A stretch of 53,238 bases of DNA from a virus (lineage: Duplodnaviria; Caudoviricetes): positions 1 to 53,238 of IMG/VR virus record IMGVR_UViG_3300048009_000062; one strand, 5' to 3'. The notes below the pieces were generated by a model. That model was not told the origin of the DNA and did no database searches. It saw nothing but the letters and a program-made list of their open reading frames with translations. The translations under genes and the position numbers were made by a program. Shown piece after piece: positions 27,718 to 35,156 of this stretch (positions within the stretch are counted from its first letter, which is position 1; each line of letters starts with the position of its first letter).

Positions 27718-28008
27718 TTATTTACCCCCATATATTCTTAGTAGTGTGTTACCTTTTGTATTCTTACCATTTTTATTTGGTTTTCTTGTACCTCTAATTG
27801 TAATATCTTTTATAGGACCAGACCTACCTCTGCGTGTTTTCAAAGGCACTTCATGTTGAACCTGAGTAATTCTTATTCCCTCTACTAAGTCAGGCTTTTG
27901 TAATCCCCATGCTACCATCCCAAGTTTTTTCTGGAACTGGTCAGCAGATTGTAAGTTGTCCACTTCTATATCTAAAACTATAATACCTCTTAATTTTGAT
28001 TTAGCCAT
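27718..28008 (-). CDS. Hypothetical basic protein
   Basis: Start reassigned to MAKSKLRG (AAGGAG upstream). Confidence 0.6.
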   Translation of the reverse strand: MAKSKLRGIIVLDIEVDNLQSADQFQKKLGMVAWGLQKPDLVEGIRITQVQHEVPLKTRRGRSGPIKDITIRGTRKPNKNGKNTKGNTLLRIYGGK

Positions 28009-28330
28009 TAGCCAACTCCTTCTGATAAGTAAGGCCCTTGTAGAGCATCTTCTCAGCCTCAGACTTATCTCCACGCCTAAGAGTTTCATAGGCCCACTTG
28101 ACCCACGAGTGACTATCTGGGTTTAATTGATCAGGGTGAGGGGCTGAAGTAACAATTTCTTGCCCAACAGCCCTCTCCCTTGATGCCCCTACTTCATGGC
28201 TATTTAACCAATCGATTAACTCCATTTTAGAAGTAGGTACGTCAACCTCTGTCCAATCACGGGGGAAGTTCTTCTGAGCATCTCTCTGAGTCCCTGCCCA
28301 CTGGCCTTTACTGGATTTATACAGTCTCAT
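28001..28330 (-). CDS. Hypothetical protein
   Basis: Coupled ORF; WAGTQRDA...VDVPT motif. Confidence 0.65.
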   Translation of the reverse strand: MRLYKSSKGQWAGTQRDAQKNFPRDWTEVDVPTSKMELIDWLNSHEVGASRERAVGQEIVTSAPHPDQLNPDSHSWVKWAYETLRRGDKSEAEKMLYKGLTYQKELANG

Positions 28331-28851
28331 AGTAAATCCCCCAAGAGTTTTACTACCTCATCATATTCAATGGCAGTATTGATACACACGGCAGACCTAT
28401 CACCTTCACCTGAGTGAACACTGTGAAGCTCTGATACATTTAGTATCCATGCGTCCCCGTCTTCAGCTATGAAGCTATCTACCTCATCTACTTCATGCCA
28501 TGCACAAACATAGCCACTGTCTTGATTAGGTAGACGGTGCTTAGAGGCTCCTTCTTTAGCTTTATGAAACGTAGTCGTGTATCCACCTGCTTTTGTATAT
28601 ATATTTATAACTGTATTAATACCGTTATCCACATGGGGCGGCACTTCATTATTAATAGCCATAAACTGAATACTAATTTTATCTTCAGGTAACCTAGATA
28701 CAATCTCAGATATAGATGAAGTATCTACAAGAGCGTTGTTATAAGAGATGCCTTTGAACTTGCCATCAGCCACAACCCCAAATCGTACATGAAGATCTTT
28801 ACCTTGCTCTGCATTTAATTGTTTAAAAGATTTTTTGATATGACAAAACAT
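28327..28851 (-). CDS. 2OG-Fe(II) oxygenase/cupin-like protein
   Basis: PPHVD (HxD) ... LHSV ... R.AV.I. Confidence 0.55.
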   Translation of the reverse strand: MFCHIKKSFKQLNAEQGKDLHVRFGVVADGKFKGISYNNALVDTSSISEIVSRLPEDKISIQFMAINNEVPPHVDNGINTVINIYTKAGGYTTTFHKAKEGASKHRLPNQDSGYVCAWHEVDEVDSFIAEDGDAWILNVSELHSVHSGEGDRSAVCINTAIEYDEVVKLLGDLL

Positions 28852-29102
28852 TAGTTATCTCCTGCTTCAATGACTACACCATCACATCCAGAGCAACTCT
28901 CTTTGAGTGAGGCTAATAAGTTAAGAAGGCTCTTGTAAGTTTGCCAATCTTTAGCCTTCTCCTTACTATCTAAATCATTAAGCCAATCAATCTGAGCATC
29001 AATCTGTTCTTTATATATCCAGTACTCACTATAACTTTCTAGCTTCTCGACTGTACCTTCTATAGGCTTCCAATTGTGGGCTTGAACCATATCAGTACTC
29101 AT
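28851..29102 (-). CDS. Hypothetical protein
   Basis: GAGG before ATG 29102; coupled. Confidence 0.6.
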   Translation of the reverse strand: MSTDMVQAHNWKPIEGTVEKLESYSEYWIYKEQIDAQIDWLNDLDSKEKAKDWQTYKSLLNLLASLKESCSGCDGVVIEAGDN

Positions 29103-29323
29103 TCCTCTACTCTCCACACTCTAAAGGTTCCATCAGACTGCTTTCTTTCAGTAATATTAACTCCACATCTGCTCTTCAATGCTCTTGCGTGTTGTATATG
29201 TTTATCAGACAGTAATATACTGTCCCCTACTCTCATGGCTTCCATAACTTTTCTTAATTCACCTTTTGGGCGTCCACCTTTTGGAATAGGAATGTTTTTC
29301 TCTATTTTAATAGTATTTGTCAT
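29099..29323 (-). CDS. Small putative DNA-binding protein
   Basis: IEKNIPIP...MRVGDS...FRVWRV motif common in phages; GAGGAG RBS. Confidence 0.65.
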   Translation of the reverse strand: MTNTIKIEKNIPIPKGGRPKGELRKVMEAMRVGDSILLSDKHIQHARALKSRCGVNITERKQSDGTFRVWRVEE

Positions 29324-29472
29324 TTTAACTCCTCAACTTTTGCCAACAACATCTTCATAAAATTTAACAGTTGCTGCTCATATTCAAATGTAATCTGCCA
29401 TTCATTGTCTGACGTTTTATTCCACAACTGGTAAAACCCAGAGTCAAAAGTGATTATAAAATTGTATCTCAT
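29320..29472 (-). CDS. Hypothetical protein (50 aa)
   Basis: MRYNFIITFDSG...; ATGA overlaps with both neighbours. Confidence 0.55.
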   Translation of the reverse strand: MRYNFIITFDSGFYQLWNKTSDNEWQITFEYEQQLLNFMKMLLAKVEELK

Positions 29473-29678
29473 GCTGCTACACACGATGAACAAATCTGTA
29501 CGTCAAATCGTAAGCCTTGCATTTCATAAACAACCATCCCATTGTCTTTTTTAATCACATTGTCTGGTTTATGAGGGCTTCCTATAGATACACTCTTTTT
29601 TCTATATAAATCGCCCTTTGAAATTTTACTTTTACAAGAATAACATTTATAATTCTGTCTTGATTTTATCATTTTCAT
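29469..29678 (-). CDS. Small zinc-finger protein
   Basis: CYSC...ISKGDLY...CSSC. Confidence 0.6.
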   Translation of the reverse strand: MKMIKSRQNYKCYSCKSKISKGDLYRKKSVSIGSPHKPDNVIKKDNGMVVYEMQGLRFDVQICSSCVAA

Positions 29679-30154
29679 GCTGCATTCACCTTAAGCGAAG
29701 GGTATATATCTTCTATGTTTAGTTCCTCATGGTCATAAGGCAGAATAGATATACCAATGTAGCCTCTAAACATATCTAGATCTTTTCTTTTACATTCAGA
29801 TGCCTCAATTAAGTTTTGATCTATCCACTTCGTTGTATCAGGGTCAGCTACCTCAGTGTTAAGGCCTTTGTAATAAACAAAACAAATAAAATCACCTTCT
29901 TTTGCATACTTAGCTAGGTGTTTAATAGACAGAAGCTTATCTCCACGAGGTCTGCGATACAGCTTTAGTGTAGAAGGTATGGGATCTTCAAGATAATATC
30001 CATGCCCAATGGCTGCACGATAGGTTACAGCCTGTCCACCTTGTAAGTTGTCATAAGTAATGGGCATCTCATCGTCAGCCCATTCAGTTACTTTCTTGTT
30101 AGCATCAATAATATATTTGTTAATCATCCTGTTAGTCACTTTGATCATGTGCAT
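29675..30154 (-). CDS. Hypothetical protein, first gene of leftward operon
   Basis: AAGGAG RBS, promoter at 30187-30215. Confidence 0.7.
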   Translation of the reverse strand: MHMIKVTNRMINKYIIDANKKVTEWADDEMPITYDNLQGGQAVTYRAAIGHGYYLEDPIPSTLKLYRRPRGDKLLSIKHLAKYAKEGDFICFVYYKGLNTEVADPDTTKWIDQNLIEASECKRKDLDMFRGYIGISILPYDHEELNIEDIYPSLKVNAA

Positions 30155-30186
30155 CTTGCACTCCTTTTAGTTAGTTGATGGAGCGC

Positions 30187-30215
30187 AGTGTACTACTTAC
30201 TAAAACATCTGTCAA
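30187..30215 (-). promoter_or_regulatory. Strong sigma70-type promoter, leftward operon
   Basis: TTGACA-17-TACACT. Confidence 0.75.
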
Positions 30216-30240
30216 ACTTTTTTTAATACTTGCGCGAGAA

Positions 30241-30356
<116 letters not shown>

Positions 30357-30404
30357 AAAATCTGAAAATTAATTAAATAAATAAATGGGGCCGAAATTAT
30401 CTGT

Positions 30405-30491
30405 TTGCATTATTATATTAGATCGGTTAAAATTCGGTCACGGGCATTGTGCTCGAAAATCAACTTTGGAATAAGGACCAAAAAATATGAA
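30405..30491 (+). promoter_or_regulatory. Early promoter plus stem-loop leader, copy 1
   Basis: TTGCAT-17-TAAAAT, then GGTCA-CGGGCA/TTG/TGCTCG-...CAACTTT...AAGGACCAA-ATG. Confidence 0.7.
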
Positions 30492-30690
30492 AATGAAAAA
30501 TCTGATGCACTTCGAAGTGAAAACTCACAAAGGCAATCATAATAATGTATTAGCTGAAAGTGTTAAAAACTTCTTAAATAAAGAGCGTTATTCTATCTCT
30601 TTAAATAAGAACGTAAAATATGCCGACATGGATTTAACGCAATTTATTAACTCAATTGCTAAAGATCTAGATATGAAAAAGGCCTCATAA
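30487..30690 (+). CDS. Early hypothetical protein
   Basis: Promoter and RBS directly upstream. Confidence 0.7.
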   Translation: MKMKNLMHFEVKTHKGNHNNVLAESVKNFLNKERYSISLNKNVKYADMDLTQFINSIAKDLDMKKAS

Positions 30691-30764
30691 ACTGTGGAAA
30701 TTGGTTTTCTATTACGGGCTAATCTCATTAATTGTGGATTTATCGAACGCAAACTTTTTTTAAC

Positions 30765-30837
30765 ATAGCAAAGTGAAACGGGCCTACTGGCCCGTAGTCT
30801 GGGAGCGATGTCTCAGGCCTGACGATCAATCAGCTAT
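30765..30837 (+). ncRNA. Putative hammerhead ribozyme (type II topology)
   Basis: GAAA-stem III (CGGGCC/GGCCCG)-UA-stem I (GUCUGGGA/UCUCAGGC)-CUGACGA; stem II closed distally by AUAGC/GCUAU; predicted cleavage after GUA at 30796. Confidence 0.7.
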
Positions 30838-30863
30838 TTAAACAAACAACTAAGGACTAAAAA

Positions 30864-31820
30864 ATGAATAACATTGTAGATATCAAATGGACACCTGAAA
30901 CTAAATCAGTTGAAGGTCTATTGCCCTCTATCGATCAAGTAAACTTTAACGCTAAACATACGCCTCTATATATAATGCGAGACAGTGGAGCATTGGAGCA
31001 GCTTACTAAAGACCAAGGTCAGGCAGTTATCAGGACTGATACTGGAGCCTTTTTAGGGCGTACTGGTGGGCGCTATGGCATTGCTCAAAATCCTGAGATT
31101 AATGATGTATTATGTCAGGCCATCGAAACTGCTTTTAATAGATCAGACAGAAAAGATGTTGAGCTCAAGGAAAGCATTTCTGATGGTGGGGCGTTTAGTA
31201 AATGGACATATACCTTTCCATCATTAGGAGCCCCTATCAGGCAGTTAAGAGATGCCACTGGCTATAATGCTGCACGTTATGGGCAAGGCTACGCTGACAC
31301 TTGGTTAAATTTCAGTATATCAATAGTGAATAGTTTTAATGGCCTTACACCTGTTTATGTTACCAGTGAGCATCAGGATGTTAGCTGTTTAAATAGCCTT
31401 ACAATGTCTTTTAAGGACACTACACGCCTTAGACATTCAACTAATATCGATGTAACTAAATTGGCTGATTGGATGGAAAGCGAAGCATTAAACTTCAAAA
31501 CCAAAATTGCTGTATGGCAGTCGTGGGCTGAAAAGAAAATTACTCCAGAACAGGCTGAGGAAACTTTAAAGCTTTGCGGAGTATCTGATAGGCTAACAAA
31601 ACAGTTAATGCTGCAATTTGAGGAAGAGGCCTCGAAGCGATCTAGCACAGTGTGGGCCTTGGCTAGTTCTTTATCTTTTATGTCTACTCATAACTCTGAG
31701 CGTTTTGGAGTTCGAGGTTCAGCCAAAAAAGATAATGAGGCTAGATCATTACACGCCCGTCAAAATCAGGTCCTAAAAATTATGGACCAACCTGCATGGG
31801 CTGAGATGGCGGCTGCCTAA
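30864..31820 (+). CDS. DUF932/DUF945-family early protein
   Basis: AVIRTDTG..LG..G.RY...QN.E, NSFNG, C.N, RHS, WAL....F..TH. Confidence 0.75.
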   Translation: MNNIVDIKWTPETKSVEGLLPSIDQVNFNAKHTPLYIMRDSGALEQLTKDQGQAVIRTDTGAFLGRTGGRYGIAQNPEINDVLCQAIETAFNRSDRKDVELKESISDGGAFSKWTYTFPSLGAPIRQLRDATGYNAARYGQGYADTWLNFSISIVNSFNGLTPVYVTSEHQDVSCLNSLTMSFKDTTRLRHSTNIDVTKLADWMESEALNFKTKIAVWQSWAEKKITPEQAEETLKLCGVSDRLTKQLMLQFEEEASKRSSTVWALASSLSFMSTHNSERFGVRGSAKKDNEARSLHARQNQVLKIMDQPAWAEMAAA

Positions 31821-31987
31821 TGGTTGCTCAAGTTCGTGATATCGATAGGAAGGCGATTATGGTTAGTCGAAGGCTAACCGCCTTGTCCAAAAAAGAGCGA
31901 AAAATTATTGAACGAATAAATCGCCTAGAAAAATATTTGAAGGCCTTGGGTACGAAAAATGAGGCCCTCTATACTCTAACTAAATAA
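31820..31987 (+). CDS. Small basic coiled-coil protein (55 aa)
   Basis: TAATG coupling; MVAQVRDIDRK... Confidence 0.55.
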   Translation: MVAQVRDIDRKAIMVSRRLTALSKKERKIIERINRLEKYLKALGTKNEALYTLTK

Positions 31988-32006
31988 ATAGAACACCTCC
32001 CAAACT

Positions 32007-32033
32007 GGTCCCACTTAGGTGGGGCCTTTTTTT
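32007..32033 (+). terminator. Rho-independent terminator
   Basis: GGTCCCAC-TTAG-GTGGGGCC + T7. Confidence 0.85.
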
Positions 32034-32144
32034 GTCTAAAATATGCTAATTTAGGGAAACGGGTTTTTATGACCTACACTAAGCAAAAGGCCTTTCGTTA
32101 TTCTGGGGCCATCTGAGGGCCTCTCAGGTCTATTTAAATAAAGT

Positions 32145-32230
32145 TTGACGTTACATTAAAAATAATGGTAAGTATGGGTCACGGGCAGTGTGCCTGATAA
32201 CCAACTTTTAGGAAGGACCAATATTATGAA
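32145..32230 (+). promoter_or_regulatory. Early promoter plus stem-loop leader, copy 2
   Basis: TTGACG...TGGTAAGT, then GGTCA-CGGGCA/GTG/TGCCTG-...CAACTTT...AAGGACCAA-ATG. Confidence 0.65.
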
Positions 32231-32492
32231 TACCAAACCTTTACCAAATTTACTTTTACATATTTATGAGGGCAACCTTTTAGAAAATGGCATGAAAGTA
32301 ATTGAACTTAAAAAAGTAAAAGAAGGTGAATATTTCAAACGTAAATCTGATGCTAAAAAAGAATACATAAGAGGCCATTATAATCGGAAGAATGATTTTG
32401 GACCCGCCTCTTTTAGCTGTACTGATAGCGATGATATCGGGCGCTGCATCGAATTAAAACCATCCACAATTGTTTATGTGGAGGCCTACTAA
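32226..32492 (+). CDS. Early hypothetical protein
   Basis: Start reassigned to ATG 32226 after AAGGA; LKKVKEGEYFKRK...YIRGHYNR motif. Confidence 0.65.
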   Translation: MNTKPLPNLLLHIYEGNLLENGMKVIELKKVKEGEYFKRKSDAKKEYIRGHYNRKNDFGPASFSCTDSDDIGRCIELKPSTIVYVEAY

Positions 32493-32701
32493 TGAATATC
32501 ACCGAATTAGATCAAGACACATTAAAGAAACTTGGCCTTACTGAGGAATATAAGAAGGCTACCCGTAAACCTAGGGTCCAGAAATTTTCTAAAGAACAGG
32601 TACGCTCCAATGCTCTCAAGGCCTTGGGTCTACTGGCGTCATTTTCTCAGGATGAACGACGCAGAATTTTAAACCATGCACTCCAACTAAATGAGGTATA
32701 G
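32492..32701 (+). CDS. Early hypothetical protein
   Basis: GGAGG RBS, TAATG coupling. Confidence 0.7.
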   Translation: MNITELDQDTLKKLGLTEEYKKATRKPRVQKFSKEQVRSNALKALGLLASFSQDERRRILNHALQLNEV

Positions 32702-32704
32702 ACC

Positions 32705-32956
32705 ATGACTATTTTTAACTGGCAGTTTAACAATGTATTTGATCCAACAAACTCTAATGAGGCGCTCGATTGGGAGCCTCAATTCTCTCAGGATATCGAT
32801 GTAGACCAAGTACTATTGGATGAAGATATTAGAACTTTTAATATGGTGTTACCGCCACTGAGAAATCATCAGAAGCCACACACATGGGTACATCAACTCA
32901 ATAGCTCTAGACCTTCGATGGTCACCTTGGATGATCCAGACGGGGAGTTGAACTGA
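32705..32956 (+). CDS. Early hypothetical protein
   Basis: GAGGT RBS. Confidence 0.65.
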   Translation: MTIFNWQFNNVFDPTNSNEALDWEPQFSQDIDVDQVLLDEDIRTFNMVLPPLRNHQKPHTWVHQLNSSRPSMVTLDDPDGELN

Positions 32957-33213
32957 TGGACTATTACAAAATCAGTACTGGTCTGTCGTTTGAGATAGGA
33001 GCTAGTCACATCGATATGATGGCAAGGATGAATAAAGTTTCGAGCATCGATTTATTAGACTGCTATGGTCCCACTAATAGATTAATTACCATAGTGTCTA
33101 AAATTAGAAACCCAACAACTGAAGACCTTGCAGAGCTAGACCACTATTACTCTAAAAGAAATTGTCTTTATCTCGAACTACAGAAACGATTAAAGGCCCT
33201 CGATGCATCTTAA
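32956..33213 (+). CDS. Early hypothetical protein
   Basis: GGAG RBS, TGATG coupling. Confidence 0.65.
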   Translation: MDYYKISTGLSFEIGASHIDMMARMNKVSSIDLLDCYGPTNRLITIVSKIRNPTTEDLAELDHYYSKRNCLYLELQKRLKALDAS

Positions 33214-33234
33214 TCCTTAACTAAATAAATAACT

Positions 33235-33258
33235 GGGGCCTTCGGGCCTCTTTTTTTT
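33235..33258 (+). terminator. Rho-independent terminator
   Basis: GGGGCC-TTCG-GGCCTC + T8. Confidence 0.9.
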
Positions 33259-33869
33259 GTCTTACACCTAGATTTAAATATAACCTGAGAAGCTCTCACA
33301 AGCTCACTGAGTAGGGTAAAGGCTCACGGGTATAATTATAGCTTAGAATGTTTGCTATCCTACACGGCTATTATATGAGCTCTCAGAGCATAGTACTTTA
33401 CAGCATACCAGCGCAATACATGCACCAAGTAGGCCTACGCTCCGCGTTATTTAAACTGTCAAAGGCTAATGCTGCACGGGCTACAGGCCAGTATTCTATT
33501 TAAATAGTTAGCTTAAACTTTTTTCTGGAAGCTTCGAGCCTTTTAGTTTTCAGATTTAGAGCCAGTTTATTTAATTAGGTATACATTAAAATTTTTTATC
33601 TATTTAAATTTGTAAGGCCTGATATCTTTTTACAAATAACCTACTGATTTAATTGGCTAAAATCACAATACTTTAAAAATTTGTTAACTATTTAAACAAC
33701 AATTAGCGAGGGTACACGACTGCCACCCCCACCGTACACGGGTGCGTATACAGCCACGGCATAATTTTAGAATTTTACAACAGTAAACCACTACAGTAGT
33801 TTTTTAGAATTATAAAACTGTAAAGTTTCTATATGTAGTATGTAATTAGATTATTTATACCATGTAAGG

Positions 33870-33898
33870 TTGACATAAGTTATTTGTTTTGATAGAGT
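33870..33898 (+). promoter_or_regulatory. sigma70-type promoter
   Basis: TTGACA-17-TAGAGT upstream of 33929. Confidence 0.6.
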
Positions 33899-33928
33899 GT
33901 GTATAAGGCGTAATATAGGGATTGAAAT

Positions 33929-34261
33929 ATGGCCGACGATATTGGGCAAGATGCTAATATATTTCCAGAGGGCATTCCTCTATTTGTAGATACATTCTTA
34001 GAGCATGATGCAGAGGGTGTATTACAGCATGAGACTACTCTTTCAATAGAAGGGGAAGATGATGTAGTTGTCTCTAAAGGATTCTACGAGATTATAGATG
34101 ATGTAAAAGAAGAACACATAGATAATCAAGATTATAAGTCGCTATATGACTTAGCAGCGGATTTAACTAGAGAAGCTGAGAGGTTACGGGAAGAAGCGGA
34201 TAGAATAGAGAACAGTACTAGAAGCGTAGCTGATCTATTTAACGCTAATGTCTCAACCTGA
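33929..34261 (+). CDS. Acidic hypothetical protein
   Basis: 110-aa ORF after promoter. Confidence 0.7.
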   Translation: MADDIGQDANIFPEGIPLFVDTFLEHDAEGVLQHETTLSIEGEDDVVVSKGFYEIIDDVKEEHIDNQDYKSLYDLAADLTREAERLREEADRIENSTRSVADLFNANVST

Positions 34262-34664
34262 CTTATTTGGATGGGCTGAACTACCTGTTGAGAAGGTAGA
34301 TTCTAAGGTTTGTATTAAGTGCAAAGAAGACAAACCCCTATCCGCATACTCTAATAGCTCTGGGGCTAAATATAAGCGTCCTGAGTGTAAGGAGTGCAAC
34401 AGGGAGCTTACTAAGATAAGAGATGGCCTTAGAGCTACCTACGGTATGCCTGACGAGGGCTACAGGTGTCCTATCTGTAGGAGAGGGGCTGAAGAGGTAA
34501 AAGGCAAGGGAGGGAAGAACAACGGCCCTTGGGTTTTAGATCACTGCCATAAGACTAATGAATTTAGAGGATGGCTTTGTCACAACTGCAACAGAGGGCT
34601 TGGGGCTTTTGAGGATGACCTTATGAGAATACTCAAGGCTGCAGTATATGTAGAGAATGCATAA
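34248..34664 (+). CDS. Endonuclease VII-like HNH nuclease
   Basis: CIKC, CKEC, CPIC, LDHCH...RGWLCHNCNRGLG. Confidence 0.85.
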   Translation: MSQPDLFGWAELPVEKVDSKVCIKCKEDKPLSAYSNSSGAKYKRPECKECNRELTKIRDGLRATYGMPDEGYRCPICRRGAEEVKGKGGKNNGPWVLDHCHKTNEFRGWLCHNCNRGLGAFEDDLMRILKAAVYVENA

Positions 34665-34697
34665 CGGGTATGGTTGGTCCTTACTACCTAGTTATGT
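34659..34697 (+). ncRNA. Hairpin with loop complementary to the phage AAGGACCAA RBS
   Basis: GCAUAAC-GGGUA/UACCU-A-GUUAUGU stem, loop contains UUGGUCCUUA. Confidence 0.45.
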
Positions 34698-34698
34698 A

Positions 34699-34737
34699 GC
34701 TCCTTGGTATAATGCTTATAGTGTTTATCAAGGAGCA
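34699..34737 (+). promoter_or_regulatory. Extended -10 promoter inside an SD-sequestering hairpin
   Basis: GCTCCTTG...CAAGGAGC inverted repeat enclosing TGGTATAAT (TATAAT 34708-34713). Confidence 0.55.
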
Positions 34738-34742
34738 TTATA

Positions 34743-34895
34743 ATGTTAAGACGATTACTACATAGATGGGAAGAATACCAGAAGCGAAGAGTAGCCTACT
34801 GGCAACTACAGAATTTAACTGATCAAGAACTAAATGATATTGGCATAAACCGTGGGGATATATATAGGGTGACCTACAAATCCCCTACTAGGTGA
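34743..34895 (+). CDS. DUF1127 (YjiS-like) small protein
   Basis: MLRRLLHRWEEYQKRRVAYWQLQNLTDQELNDIGINRGDIYRV...: R-rich N-terminus and L..L.D..L.DIG..R.DI signature; AAGGAG RBS; below the ORF-track size cutoff. Confidence 0.85.
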   Translation: MLRRLLHRWEEYQKRRVAYWQLQNLTDQELNDIGINRGDIYRVTYKSPTR

Positions 34896-35046
34896 AGGCA
34901 GTAGCTTACCTAATTATTTTAGTATTAATTCTTGATTTGGGAGATGGCGGCAGAGGGCTTAGAGTAAATTACTATAAGTATACTACTCCCCATACTAGGG
35001 GGACTTAGAGGATATACTATATAGTAGCCCTCTCAACCGACAATTC

Positions 35047-35075
35047 ATTATACCACTAGAACGCGAGTTCGTCAA
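35047..35075 (-). promoter_or_regulatory. Near-consensus leftward (antisense) promoter
   Basis: TTGACG-17-TATAAT with TG extension on - strand. Confidence 0.7.
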
Positions 35076-35099
35076 TATAAAATACACTTAATTAGGTGA

Positions 35100-35128
35100 T
35101 TGCCTTATCCTTAAACATCTGGTATAAT
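35100..35128 (+). promoter_or_regulatory. sigma70-type promoter
   Basis: TTGCCT-17-TATAAT with TG extension. Confidence 0.65.
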
Positions 35129-35156
35129 GTATGGGTAGGCTTTTACAGGAAGTTCT

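Noticed and set aside
30673-30763. Possible membrane peptide (KRPHKLWKLVFYYGLISLIVDL) reachable by a one-base shift in an A5 run
   Set aside because: No in-frame start as sequenced; cannot distinguish from chance
33260-33700. tRNA or further ribozyme in the long non-coding stretch
   Set aside because: No cloverleaf/T-loop or hammerhead core found by eye; a covariance-model scan would be needed to exclude other classes
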